Notes under the pieces: model-generated
Database searches by the model: none
The model's input: only the letters and a program-made list of their open reading frames with translations
Told to the model about the DNA's origin: nothing
Program-made: the position numbers and the translations under genes
From: a virus
Reading direction: 5' to 3' (one strand)
Virus record (IMG/VR): IMGVR_UViG_3300001201_000001
Location: 1-47,783 of that record
Length of the DNA stretch: 47,783 bases
Shown here: in pieces, positions 14,539-23,728 of the stretch
Layout of the letters: each line of letters begins with the position of its first letter
Position numbering within the stretch: position 1 is the first letter of the stretch

Positions 14539-15425
14539 TAGCGGATTTCTTGACGGATGACGGTCAGGATTGCGGAAGGGACGAAGACGAGGCCGATGAT
14601 TTCAGCGCCGCAACCGATGAAGGACCAGCCCGGGAAAAGTAGAACGCCGTGGATCGTTAACTGGTAGGCACCGAAGACGAAGGCGAATAAGTTGGCCCCT
14701 TCGTCGTCCTTGTTTCGGATGAAGTTCACGAACCCGGATAGTCCGACAATGATGCCAACAACGCCGAACGCGATGGCCGAACCCGTCCGAATGGCTTCGG
14801 GTTTGTCGTCCAAATGCGTCCACCAGTTAAGACAACAGGCAACGAAATCGGCCAAAAGCACGACGGACAAACCGACCATGATGACCGTCCGACCGGCAAC
14901 GATGTCGGCCAAGGGCTTCACCTTTTTCGGTTCGGCGTGAGTGGCCAATCGCGTTTGTTCCTTTTTCGCCTTCGTCTTTTTGGCTTTGAACTTCGGGTCA
15001 GGATCAACGGCCGGGTGGATGATCGCGGGATGGGATGGGATGTAGATCGTCTCCTCGCCTTGGTCGTGCGTATGCTTTGGGAACGTTCCCGCGACTTTCT
15101 TGGCTGCCCCCCCGAAGTCCTTCGCGGCTTCGGTCAGGGTGGCCATCGCGTCGGATGCGGCCGCGTCTGCTTTGGCGTAATTCATGGAAGCGCGAACCTC
15201 CTCCGGCGTTGGCCATCCCATGACGGACGCGATGGTTTCGGTGTAGGGGTCTTTCACCCCGCGCTGAACGGTGGCCGGATCCACCCCGGCGGCGGTCCAA
15301 TCTTCGGGTTTGCGCTCGAGGCTGTACTTGATGGCTTGCGCCAGTTGTTTCGGATTTCGTCCGGGTTTGTCCGTCCGCAGACCGACGAGACGCGCTGCGT
15401 CTTTGATGGTAATGGTGGGAATCAT
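14538..15425 (-). CDS. membrane-anchored protein: N-terminal HTH-like segment plus 4 C-terminal TM helices
   Basis: 295 aa. The N-terminus TIKDAARLVGL resembles MerR/excisionase-type HTH starts. The C-terminal ~120 aa carry four hydrophobic helices. Confidence 0.6.
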   Translation of the reverse strand: MIPTITIKDAARLVGLRTDKPGRNPKQLAQAIKYSLERKPEDWTAAGVDPATVQRGVKDPYTETIASVMGWPTPEEVRASMNYAKADAAASDAMATLTEAAKDFGGAAKKVAGTFPKHTHDQGEETIYIPSHPAIIHPAVDPDPKFKAKKTKAKKEQTRLATHAEPKKVKPLADIVAGRTVIMVGLSVVLLADFVACCLNWWTHLDDKPEAIRTGSAIAFGVVGIIVGLSGFVNFIRNKDDEGANLFAFVFGAYQLTIHGVLLFPGWSFIGCGAEIIGLVFVPSAILTVIRQEIR

Positions 15426-15427
15426 TG

Positions 15428-15439
15428 TCGAATTGATTT
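15428..15439 (-). promoter_or_regulatory. start-proximal box AATCAATTCGAC
   Basis: GTCGAATTGATT on + strand; 2 nt spacer to ATG 15425. Confidence 0.7.
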
Positions 15440-15515
15440 TGTCCTATGTTGATACAAAACTAAGGTTTTCGGACGAAAGTGGAAAACATTCAATCAATTC
15501 CGGTAGATTTGACCC

Positions 15516-15527
15516 GTCGAATTGATG
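15516..15527 (-). promoter_or_regulatory. orphan copy of the box, partner of an inverted repeat
   Basis: GTCGAATTGATG. GAATTGAT (15519-15526) is the inverted repeat of ATCAATTC (15493-15500). No long ORF follows, only a 9-codon mini-ORF (15460-15489). Confidence 0.5.
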
Positions 15528-15606
15528 AACCTGGGGCAATGCCTCGGGGGATGTCAGGTAAGCCCGCGCCCGCGTTGATCGGTGTCGCGGGCTTTGCTTT
15601 TGGTGC

Positions 15607-15643
15607 AAAAAACAACCCCCCGCAACCAACGAAGGCGCGAGGG
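15607..15643 (-). terminator. rho-independent terminator
   Basis: 8-bp stem 15616-15623/15636-15643 (one G-U pair on the coding strand), followed by TTGTTTTTTG; downstream of the 15682 stop. Confidence 0.65.
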
Positions 15644-15681
15644 GCTACAACTTACTGATCATGCGTTTTCACGCGGGTCAC

Positions 15682-16206
15682 TTAGGCGGCGGCGGCGGGC
15701 GCTTCGATTTCGGTGACCAGCTTGGTGACCTTGGCCTTGGTCGCAATCTTCAGGGACTTGTCTTTGGTGCCGAACAAAGCGCGACCCTCTTCGTAAAGTT
15801 CGCGGGCGGAAGCTACGACGGTGAGGGCGTTGATGACGATCCCGTAGGCTTTGGGGACCAGGCCGAAGGCATCCTCGATAAGTTGTTCCGCTTCGTCGTC
15901 CTTAAGGTCTAGGACTTCGGTGAAATTCCGGTGGATGTCGTTGGACTCCTCGAGGGTGGTGTCCTTGATTTCTTCCCACGCTTCCGCCGCGACGGTCACG
16001 ATGTTACCCTGGGCAATAAGGGCAGGGATGATGCGGAACAACGCGAAGTAGTCGCGCTCCTTGATGACGGCCAGGATGTCAACGACGAACGTGACCAGGA
16101 TGGAAACGATGAGGTTGACGTTGACGATGCCAAGGGTGCCGTTGGCCTGACGCGCTTGCAATAGTTGCGGGCGAAGGTCCAAGGACTTGAGGTGAATGAC
16201 TTTCAT
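15682..16206 (-). CDS. hypothetical protein with one hydrophobic segment
   Basis: 174-aa ORF; LGIVNVNLIVSILVTFVVDILAVI; has its own hairpin-plus-leader cassette (copy B) and its own terminator. Confidence 0.7.
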   Translation of the reverse strand: MKVIHLKSLDLRPQLLQARQANGTLGIVNVNLIVSILVTFVVDILAVIKERDYFALFRIIPALIAQGNIVTVAAEAWEEIKDTTLEESNDIHRNFTEVLDLKDDEAEQLIEDAFGLVPKAYGIVINALTVVASARELYEEGRALFGTKDKSLKIATKAKVTKLVTEIEAPAAAA

Positions 16207-16241
16207 GGTGAAAGGTTGAATGGTGAAAGGGTGAATGAAAT

Positions 16242-16264
16242 GACAACGCCAATCGCGGCGCGTC
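16242..16264 (-). terminator. conserved hairpin (terminator-like), copy B
   Basis: CGCCAATCGCGGCGCGTC is identical to copy A (9081-9098). It is followed on the coding strand by GTCATTTCATTCACCCTTT. Confidence 0.5.
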
Positions 16265-16267
16265 GGT

Positions 16268-16780
16268 TTATTGTTTGACTCGGGTAAAGGTAACGAAGAT
16301 CGACCCGGGGGCTTTCATTTTGTAATCGTGGAACTGACCAGGTTGGAACCGCATGGTGGCGAATCGTTCAACAACGACCCCATTCACATAGCCCTTTCCT
16401 TTTATTTGGATCGTTTCTTCTATGCAGTCCGGGTGATTATGCCAGCCATACGCGGCGGGCTTTCCTGGCTTAGGTTCAAACTCACAATAGAACACTAGCT
16501 GATCGGGATCATCACAAGGCATCCGGTAAATGAAACAACCCTCTCCCGTTTCGTAACGCATAGGCGTTTCCGGGGTGCTGACGATGTAACTGGCCAGTTC
16601 GTCGAATGTTATCGAACCTCCCTCGGTGAAGGATTGCCGCATGGATTCGATGCGTTCGGCCAGTTCGTCAAGTTGATCCTTTGATGCGTTGTGAATGGCC
16701 AGGACTTCCGGCGGGATGATTGAACCGCCGGAACGACTCAGCCAAATTTTAACCTTGCTCATATTTTCGTAGCTTTTCAA
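16268..16780 (-). CDS. cupin-like domain protein
   Basis: 170 aa. GWHNHPDCIEETIQIKGKG fits cupin motif 1 (HxH..E..G). The start is ambiguous: ATG 16780 or ATG 16762, both overlapping the upstream gene. Confidence 0.5.
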   Translation of the reverse strand: MKSYENMSKVKIWLSRSGGSIIPPEVLAIHNASKDQLDELAERIESMRQSFTEGGSITFDELASYIVSTPETPMRYETGEGCFIYRMPCDDPDQLVFYCEFEPKPGKPAAYGWHNHPDCIEETIQIKGKGYVNGVVVERFATMRFQPGQFHDYKMKAPGSIFVTFTRVKQ

Positions 16781-17159
16781 TTAGTTCACGTTCGCGCTTT
16801 TCGATTTCGACAACTTTGGCGTTTAGCTTTAAAAGGTCGTCAAGAATCCGGTCGCGTTCGGATGTTGTTTCAGTCAGTTCCTGTTGGACTCCGGAAAGTT
16901 CCGCAATCTTCATCGCCAAATCGCCCCGGGCTTTTGCAAGTTCATCGTGGACATCGGTGAAGTTCCGGTACAGTTCCGCAATCTTCGTGCTTTGTTCGTC
17001 GATCAAACCGGTGTAGGCTTTGTGAATCCGACGTACCTGGCCAGCCCGCGCCCATATTACTATGAACGGTGCGACGATGATTGTCAAGATGATGCCGCCT
17101 AATAATTTAGCAGCCCCGGGGTGTTCGACCAGGTATTTAAAAAATTCTTGTAATTCCAT
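16749..17159 (-). CDS. N-terminally membrane-anchored coiled-coil protein (i-spanin-like architecture, function unknown)
   Basis: 136 aa; TM segment LLGGIILTIIVAPFIVIWA followed by a long heptad-rich helical region. Confidence 0.55.
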   Translation of the reverse strand: MELQEFFKYLVEHPGAAKLLGGIILTIIVAPFIVIWARAGQVRRIHKAYTGLIDEQSTKIAELYRNFTDVHDELAKARGDLAMKIAELSGVQQELTETTSERDRILDDLLKLNAKVVEIEKRERELIEKLRKYEQG

Positions 17160-17197
17160 GAGTAGGGGGGGATGACATTTAATTAAATCCGTTATTC

Positions 17198-20100
17198 TTA
17201 CTTTATCTTGACCAGTCGAATATATGACCCTTCAAAAACTTGAAGGTTGTGGCTAGTGCCAGCAAATGCGGAAGCGTTGAAAGTCATCGTGCCGCCGTTT
17301 GAAAACTTGGCGATTCCTTCCCTTATCAATACATTTTTGCCCGGCAACGTGTGGGCGTTTTGTGCGCTAAAAAATTGTGTACTTCCAAAGTCGTCTATTT
17401 GGTGTTGGTACTGGTCAATTTCACCCTGGGCAATTTCGGTCAGCCCGCCCCAAGTGTCATTTGTTGCATCCAGGATCATGCTGAAATTTTCGATACTTGT
17501 GGAACTTACGCTCGATCCAAAGTTGAAGAACAACTCGACTTTGTAGGTTCCCGCATCTATTCCCGTTATGGCCATTCCCGGGATCGCTTGTGGCGTTGTT
17601 CCCGTGACCGTCAAGGATGTCAGGTTGAAGAGTCCGAAGTATTCCTTCGGCTGTCTTACCCATTCCACGTCGCCATCAATATCCACCGTCGCCGTTGAAG
17701 GTTCCGAAGGCCGCTCGCTTGGCCAAACTTCATAAAAGTCAGTAGGGCCGTCATCAAAGAAGAACCGCCATTTTGAAGCCTCCCAGTTCAGTCGCATATC
17801 ATTAAACGAACCATTAACAAAAATTTCATTCCCGCGATAATCGGCGGAAGTGAAGCTGGAGCCATGACCGACAAGAAGGCCTACTTCATCGCTGACTCCG
17901 GCGCTGCTCATATAGTTGCGAAGTTTAAAATAATTGAAGCCCGAGCCATCGTATGAATAAAATCCATTTCGGTATTCACCCGCCGCCGCGTGTCCAATTT
18001 CCAGACGTGTGTCAAATGAAGCGCTTCCCGGGTAACTAAAACCACGAACGTCGGTATTGATGGGGACTGCCACATCCCCCCCGTCTTCGATTCCATTTCC
18101 GTCTGCGGTTGCCGGATCACCTTGAATACCCTGCGGACCGGTCGGGCCTTCAGGACCGGTGGCACCTTGTATTCCTTGCGAACCATCCGCCCCGGTCGGG
18201 CCTTGTGGACCAGCATCACCCTGCGGGCCTTGTGGCCCCGTGGCCCCTTGTGGACCTTGTAATCCTTCATCACCCCGAACACCGCGCAAATGGATCATGC
18301 TGATATTGGTAGACGGGTGTATCGTACCGTTGCCCGATGTTGTACTTATCCGCCTGTTTAGTATTTCGATGTAGTCGTTAGCGGCCAAGGTTTTGACCAT
18401 GAAAAAAGCAACTTGGTTATTATTGGCTCCGGAATTTGCGCGAACGTACCCCCCGCGAAATTGCGCGTCTTCAACATCTGTCCCATTTATGCGGATGCTG
18501 ACATTTGAAGTCAGTCGGTAGTTTGCGGTCGTTCCGGTGTAGTTTATTGATCCCGTGATTGCATAGTTTCCAGGCTCGTCCACATATATCCGGGAGTTGT
18601 CGGTTGTGGTACTATGCGTGAAGGGGGAAGAGGTAACCTCCGAAACGTCAAAATTTATAGGGGTGTCAGATGTTCCGTTTGCGGATTGCCCCCCCGTAGA
18701 CCTTAGTTGAATTATAGGCATCGGAACGACGGCACCCGTTCCATCTATTCCCGCCGGACCTTGCGGACCAGGATCACCCTGCGGACCTTGTGGCCCGTCA
18801 GCACCGGCTGGGCCTTGTGCGCCATCCGCGCCCGCTGGTCCCGTTGGTCCCGTTGCGCCATCCGCTCCGGCCGGGCCTTGTGCGCCAGGATCACCCTGCG
18901 GACCTTGTGCGCCAGGATCACCCTGCGGACCTTGTGGACCAGGATCACCCTGCGGACCTTGTGCGCCATCATTTCCGGCTACACCTTGAGGACCGGCTGG
19001 CCCTGGTGTGGTGGCAATGTTTTCGAGGTCTATTCTTAAGGCTGTGATGCTGTCACGTAGTTCCGTGTCGTCATAAGCCTCCGCCTTCAAAGGTTGCCAC
19101 CCGGAGTTTGTGGTTCCGCCCGTCTCCTTGATGAAAGCGAACTCGTCAGGGTTCGTTGCGTTGATGTTGATGAAGACCGTTCCAGGAGGAGCGCCTACAT
19201 TATTTCGCGGGTCAATAACACCCCACCGGTAATATCTTGTTGCTTCATCAACGTAGAACCGATTGGCCGCGTGGTCGTCAGATGTTGGATTGTCCAAGCC
19301 GATAATCTTCCGCCCGCCTATATTTATATCAATGTCGAAGGTGTCCGAAGTGTATGAAATACCTCCCAAATTATTCCTGAAAACGATATCCCCCGTAAGT
19401 CCGGGTTCGTCGTTGAAGTCAAGCAATCCGCCTCTGACATGAAGGCCTTCTATTCGGGATGATTCTTGCCGGGCATCGTTAAAGTCAATAAATAACTTTG
19501 CCCCCGCGAGACTGGTTCCAACTGTTGATAAGTTCTGCACTTCCGTATTACTTAGGCGGCTTTCATAAACCGCGACCTTCAGCATATTCCGGTCGAACGG
19601 TCTTTGATTTCCCGAATAGATGAAGTTGCCAATAACCGCCTCGTTAATTTGGGTATGTGAAAAGTCCAAGGCGGAAGATGCCCGCGAGACACCATCTATA
19701 TAAATTCGGCCACCAGTTGCATCGAATGATGCGACGACGCGATGAACCCCCGCCCCGGTGTTTGTAGAGTTGAGCGGTGTAGTCATTGCATCACCACCCA
19801 ACGCAAGAACAAACCGGCCGTTGCTTCCTTCATTGAAGTAGAAACTTATTCCGTCAGCTACCCCAAAGTTTGTCGCGCTGTTAAATATCCGGGGGAAGGT
19901 TTGAACCGCCGCGTTACCCGAATACTCCAGTACTATCGTTCCGCCTTGCCCAACATCAAGGTCACGCGGGGCGATGTTGATGTGTTGTGACCCGGAGAAA
20001 GTGTAGCCGGTTTCGTCTTGGTTCCATGCCGATAATGCGTCCTGGCCTTCGATCAAATCCTCAGTGCCATCGTAAGAAATTGGAAGGCCCGCGACGGTTG

Positions 20101-22921
20101 TTTCTATCCCACCGTAAACGTGCGCGGTTGTTGTCGCTACTTCATCTTTGACCGTAATCGTCTCGGCGATGTCGGCAACATAAAGGGGGGCATTGAAAGC
20201 GGGAAGGATATAAATTTTATTATTCACGACGGCCATCGACCCGCCGCGAACAGGTGGAAGGTTGCTACTTACTTGGCGGAATGAATTGTCCACGCTATTC
20301 ACAACGATCCCCTTATCCGCCCGCATAGGGGCAAAATACACCAGGCTCCCAATCTTTGCGGATCCGAGGCAATATTGGTCATTGCTTCCATTTGGTGTGT
20401 GTTCAAGATTATGGGGAACGCTAAAAAATTCTTTTTCGACGGTATCGAACCACACCAGTAAATCCGTATTAAATGGAACGAACCGAATGAACCTCCCGTC
20501 AAGAGTGGCACCATGAAAGTAACCAACGGGCTCAGGACCGGACGCGGCTGCAGGGTGTACGTATTCACCGATGACAGCCCCTGTCTTTACATCAATCTCG
20601 AGGAGTTTCGTTGAAGCCCTTGGATAAAGCCACAAACTTTTTGCGGTATATCCGCCGCCAAGGAAAGAACGAACGCCGAGGCTTATTCCCGATATACCTG
20701 ACAAGTCCGTTGTTCCAATCGTGTCAGCTTCGGTGTCCAGCCATTTCAACTCCGTGGCGTTGTGGGGAATGGCGAACATCTTGTTCTCATTGTTCACCAT
20801 GACCGCACCGTTGAAAGCGTCGTCACCGTAGTCGTTGAAGGTCGGGTATTCGGCAACCAGGGACATCGTATCACCAGGACCACCCGGGTCTATTTTTAGC
20901 AGCGGACCTGACCACGACGGTATCAAATAAAGATATTCGTCATCGTGAACGATGCCGTTGAATTTATCCCGTAATCGTCCGGGCGTTTCAACGTTTTCAT
21001 ATTGAACGTGCAAGGTGTCAAATTCGCGGGTTAGGACATCCATCCGAAAGACAGCGTCGGCATCTTGTGGCGCTCCAAAAATGTACCGCCCTTTTGATGT
21101 CATCCCTAAAAAAGCCTCGCCAGTTACTACTCCGCCAGTCGGTATTTCAATAGGTGAAAAATTAAGATTTTCAAGATTTGCAGCGCGGAATGTAGAACCA
21201 AATCCATCCGATCCAATTTCGTCATATCTCACATATTGATCATCCGGCCCGGTTTCGCCTTGTGGACCTTGTTCGCCTTGTGGACCGTCTTGGCCTATTG
21301 GCCCGGCTGGTCCCGTAGAGCCAGCGGGTCCAGTGTCCCCTTGTGGCCCGGTCGGTCCTGTAGGCCCGGTTGCTCCCGTTGCGCCATCTGTCCCGTCTTG
21401 GCCTGGCGCTCCCGCCAATCCCTGCGGGCCGGTTGATCCTTGCAACCCTTGCGGACCGGTCGGCCCTTCTAAGCTGTCGATAAAATCCTGGACGGTGCCG
21501 GAGTTCCCCGCGTTCAACCATACCTGATACGCACTTTCGCCATCGTTCCCGGCTGGCCCGTCGTTCCCGGCGGGACCAGTCGCTCCAGTATTCCCTTGCA
21601 GACCTTGGCTCCCTTGTGGTCCAACAGGACCAGCATCCCCCTGCGGACCAGCGGGACCAGTCGCGCCCGTATTGCCGGTTGTCCCTTGTGGACCGGCCGG
21701 GCCTACTTCCCCCTGTGGACCAGTTGGACCAGCGGGACCATCTACCCCTTGTATTCCTTGCGGACCAGCATCACCCTGCGGACCAGTCGCGCCAGTCGGT
21801 CCCGTCGCGCCAGTAGCACCGTCGGAGCCTTGCGGACCAGCATCACCCTGCGGCCCCGTCGGTCCAGCTGGTCCCTCCGGACCGGCTTCACCTTGCGGGC
21901 CTTGAATACCTTGTGGCCCGGTTGGACCTTCAGGACCGGTTGGGCCATCATCACCCTGCGGACCTTCCGACCCTCTTATCGGTCCAACGTCTAACCATCC
22001 CGAACCCTGCCAAACGTGTCCGTGGCCATTGTCTTCGGTTATATACATTTCACCAACGGCACCGGAATACGGCAAGGGCAAATCTTGCTGAACAGGAACA
22101 GAGCCAACAATAACAACGCCGGACCCCGGTGGTCCTTGCGGACCAGCCGCACCCGTAAGATTTACGCCAGTTGGCCACCCTCCAGCCTTTGGCCCGTATA
22201 TCCGCGTTGCGTTGGTGTCCATCCAAAAATCACCGTCTTCGCCGTCGGAACTGTTTGGCGGTCGATCACCGGAAAGTATCGTCCGGCCATCATCACCGTC
22301 ATCACCGTCAACACCAGGGTTACCCTGCGGACCAGCTTCGCGCTGAATCCATTGGCCGTCATCCCGGAACAATATCCCGGTGCTTCCGTAAAGCACAACG
22401 TCACCCTCGCGGGGCGATTCGATGTTTATCGTGTCTCCTTGACTTGGAATGGCGTAGACAGTTCCCCCGCCCCTATTTGCCATTATGACGGCATTGTGTC
22501 CGAGAATCATTCCCTGTAGTTCGGCGGTTATCAATCCGTTTGCCTCCGGAACTACGGGGATGAAGTTGTTGGGTAAAGGTTCCCAAACTTGCCCTCGTCC
22601 TGACGGCTTAGATGCGAACCCGTTACCGCTATAACGAAGGGTAACAGGAACCCGCGACGAGTTCCCCGAACCAGCAACCGTCACGACGAACATCCGTCCT
22701 CCGGCATCAATAAACCGGTCACCTACTTCAACGTTGGAAGCCCGCCAGCTTTGATAGTATACGTCCTTCCATTCCTTCAACGTGCCGGTATATGTACCGC
22801 CTCCATTATCATCAAAGCCGCTGGCAACCGCGACCGCGACGTTAGAAACCCCGAGGGTGTCTTGACCAAATGCGCAAATAGTAGCCAGCACAAAGGCCAG
22901 CAAAAAGGTAAATCGTTTCAT
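17198..22921 (-). CDS. giant collagen-repeat fibre protein (1,907 aa) with a Sec-type N-terminal signal sequence, LamG-like and C1q-like regions
   Basis: [20 protein letters not shown] at the N-terminus. There are four long Gly-X-Y blocks. A Concanavalin/LamG-like segment spans roughly aa 990-1130. The fibre motif [20 protein letters not shown] is present. It is the last gene of the tail module. Confidence 0.8.
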   Translation of the reverse strand: MKRFTFLLAFVLATICAFGQDTLGVSNVAVAVASGFDDNGGGTYTGTLKEWKDVYYQSWRASNVEVGDRFIDAGGRMFVVTVAGSGNSSRVPVTLRYSGNGFASKPSGRGQVWEPLPNNFIPVVPEANGLITAELQGMILGHNAVIMANRGGGTVYAIPSQGDTINIESPREGDVVLYGSTGILFRDDGQWIQREAGPQGNPGVDGDDGDDGRTILSGDRPPNSSDGEDGDFWMDTNATRIYGPKAGGWPTGVNLTGAAGPQGPPGSGVVIVGSVPVQQDLPLPYSGAVGEMYITEDNGHGHVWQGSGWLDVGPIRGSEGPQGDDGPTGPEGPTGPQGIQGPQGEAGPEGPAGPTGPQGDAGPQGSDGATGATGPTGATGPQGDAGPQGIQGVDGPAGPTGPQGEVGPAGPQGTTGNTGATGPAGPQGDAGPVGPQGSQGLQGNTGATGPAGNDGPAGNDGESAYQVWLNAGNSGTVQDFIDSLEGPTGPQGLQGSTGPQGLAGAPGQDGTDGATGATGPTGPTGPQGDTGPAGSTGPAGPIGQDGPQGEQGPQGETGPDDQYVRYDEIGSDGFGSTFRAANLENLNFSPIEIPTGGVVTGEAFLGMTSKGRYIFGAPQDADAVFRMDVLTREFDTLHVQYENVETPGRLRDKFNGIVHDDEYLYLIPSWSGPLLKIDPGGPGDTMSLVAEYPTFNDYGDDAFNGAVMVNNENKMFAIPHNATELKWLDTEADTIGTTDLSGISGISLGVRSFLGGGYTAKSLWLYPRASTKLLEIDVKTGAVIGEYVHPAAASGPEPVGYFHGATLDGRFIRFVPFNTDLLVWFDTVEKEFFSVPHNLEHTPNGSNDQYCLGSAKIGSLVYFAPMRADKGIVVNSVDNSFRQVSSNLPPVRGGSMAVVNNKIYILPAFNAPLYVADIAETITVKDEVATTTAHVYGGIETTVAGLPISYDGTEDLIEGQDALSAWNQDETGYTFSGSQHINIAPRDLDVGQGGTIVLEYSGNAAVQTFPRIFNSATNFGVADGISFYFNEGSNGRFVLALGGDAMTTPLNSTNTGAGVHRVVASFDATGGRIYIDGVSRASSALDFSHTQINEAVIGNFIYSGNQRPFDRNMLKVAVYESRLSNTEVQNLSTVGTSLAGAKLFIDFNDARQESSRIEGLHVRGGLLDFNDEPGLTGDIVFRNNLGGISYTSDTFDIDINIGGRKIIGLDNPTSDDHAANRFYVDEATRYYRWGVIDPRNNVGAPPGTVFININATNPDEFAFIKETGGTTNSGWQPLKAEAYDDTELRDSITALRIDLENIATTPGPAGPQGVAGNDGAQGPQGDPGPQGPQGDPGAQGPQGDPGAQGPAGADGATGPTGPAGADGAQGPAGADGPQGPQGDPGPQGPAGIDGTGAVVPMPIIQLRSTGGQSANGTSDTPINFDVSEVTSSPFTHSTTTDNSRIYVDEPGNYAITGSINYTGTTANYRLTSNVSIRINGTDVEDAQFRGGYVRANSGANNNQVAFFMVKTLAANDYIEILNRRISTTSGNGTIHPSTNISMIHLRGVRGDEGLQGPQGATGPQGPQGDAGPQGPTGADGSQGIQGATGPEGPTGPQGIQGDPATADGNGIEDGGDVAVPINTDVRGFSYPGSASFDTRLEIGHAAAGEYRNGFYSYDGSGFNYFKLRNYMSSAGVSDEVGLLVGHGSSFTSADYRGNEIFVNGSFNDMRLNWEASKWRFFFDDGPTDFYEVWPSERPSEPSTATVDIDGDVEWVRQPKEYFGLFNLTSLTVTGTTPQAIPGMAITGIDAGTYKVELFFNFGSSVSSTSIENFSMILDATNDTWGGLTEIAQGEIDQYQHQIDDFGSTQFFSAQNAHTLPGKNVLIREGIAKFSNGGTMTFNASAFAGTSHNLQVFEGSYIRLVKIK
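18113..18283 (-). repeat. collagen-like Gly-X-Y block D (aa 1547-1603)
   Basis: [16 protein letters not shown]...GIQGDP. Confidence 0.9.
18734..19003 (-). repeat. collagen-like Gly-X-Y block C (aa 1307-1396)
   Basis: [22 protein letters not shown]...GIDGTG, with internal GPQGDPGAQ repeats. Confidence 0.9.
21239..21466 (-). repeat. collagen-like Gly-X-Y block B (aa 486-561)
   Basis: [13 protein letters not shown]...GETGPD; separated from block A by the linker [24 protein letters not shown]. Confidence 0.9.
21533..21973 (-). repeat. collagen-like Gly-X-Y block A (aa 317-463)
   Basis: Uninterrupted GXY triplets, [19 protein letters not shown]...GNDGES. Confidence 0.9.
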
Positions 22922-22930
22922 GATTGTGGT

Positions 22931-23719
22931 TTAACGTGTTAGAAGTATAGCGAACCCGTCGAGAGCGCCAATAGCGGTCCAAGTGTTTGTAACCTGGCCA
23001 GCCGATGCAATGGTTTCGGTCCGGGTGATGTTCCGCTCTTGTTTTGGCCATTCGAGAATTTCATTGGTCCCGGTGTCTTTGATTTGTGCGATGGCGCGGT
23101 CAGTTGGATCGCCTTCGTTCTCATTGGCCACCGTGAAGGCGAATGTGTTGCCATTGGTAGCGGACGAACCAACCGCCGCGAAGATGTCGATCACGCGCCA
23201 GCTACAACCAACCGGGATGGTCATCGTGTAGCTTCCGTTGGATCCTGACAGCGTTGGAGCCGTCCCGTTAAATTCTACATCAACAGAAATACCCGGACGG
23301 GTAAGGGTCACACGGCCGACCGTTCCACTTCCACCAGTTGAAAGGTTTCGGATGGCGGTCGAATTTAGCCGGTCATCATCGGCCAGGGTTTCGAGTGCGG
23401 CGACTAATTGTCCCGGGGTCGTATATCCGCCGCCGCCAACGGACGCTCCGCTTTCGATTGCCGTCACACGACCGTCAGGCCCGACCGTTACCGTGGCGTT
23501 GGTGTAGGTTCCGGGCGTTACCGTAGTGTTCGCCAATCCTGGGTTCGGGTATTCACCAGTTAACACCCCGCCAGCCGGTCCCGTAGGTTCCCCCGCATCA
23601 AGCGCGGCCACTTCGGTTTGTAATGCGAAGGAGTCGATTTGATCGTGTTGGGATTCGACGGAGGCAACACCCCCGCCCGTGACTTGCGCCTTTAGTTGCG
23701 CTCTTGTTCTTTGTGCCAT
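22931..23719 (-). CDS. tail fibre protein
   Basis: 262 aa; GVLTGEYPNPGLANTTVTPGTYTNATVTVGPDGRVTAIESG matches the common tail-fibre motif (L.G.YP.P..v..G.Yt...vTVd..GRVt). Confidence 0.6.
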   Translation of the reverse strand: MAQRTRAQLKAQVTGGGVASVESQHDQIDSFALQTEVAALDAGEPTGPAGGVLTGEYPNPGLANTTVTPGTYTNATVTVGPDGRVTAIESGASVGGGGYTTPGQLVAALETLADDDRLNSTAIRNLSTGGSGTVGRVTLTRPGISVDVEFNGTAPTLSGSNGSYTMTIPVGCSWRVIDIFAAVGSSATNGNTFAFTVANENEGDPTDRAIAQIKDTGTNEILEWPKQERNITRTETIASAGQVTNTWTAIGALDGFAILLTR

Positions 23720-23728
23720 TGCTAAAAG

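Noticed and set aside
17198-22921. Periodic 9-bp DNA repeats as a CRISPR array, a non-coding tandem repeat or DGR template/variable repeats
   Set aside because: The periodicity is the Gly-X-Y codon repeat of collagen blocks inside one continuous 1,907-aa ORF. There are no spacer-repeat units and no cas genes. No reverse transcriptase or TR/VR pair was found in the window.
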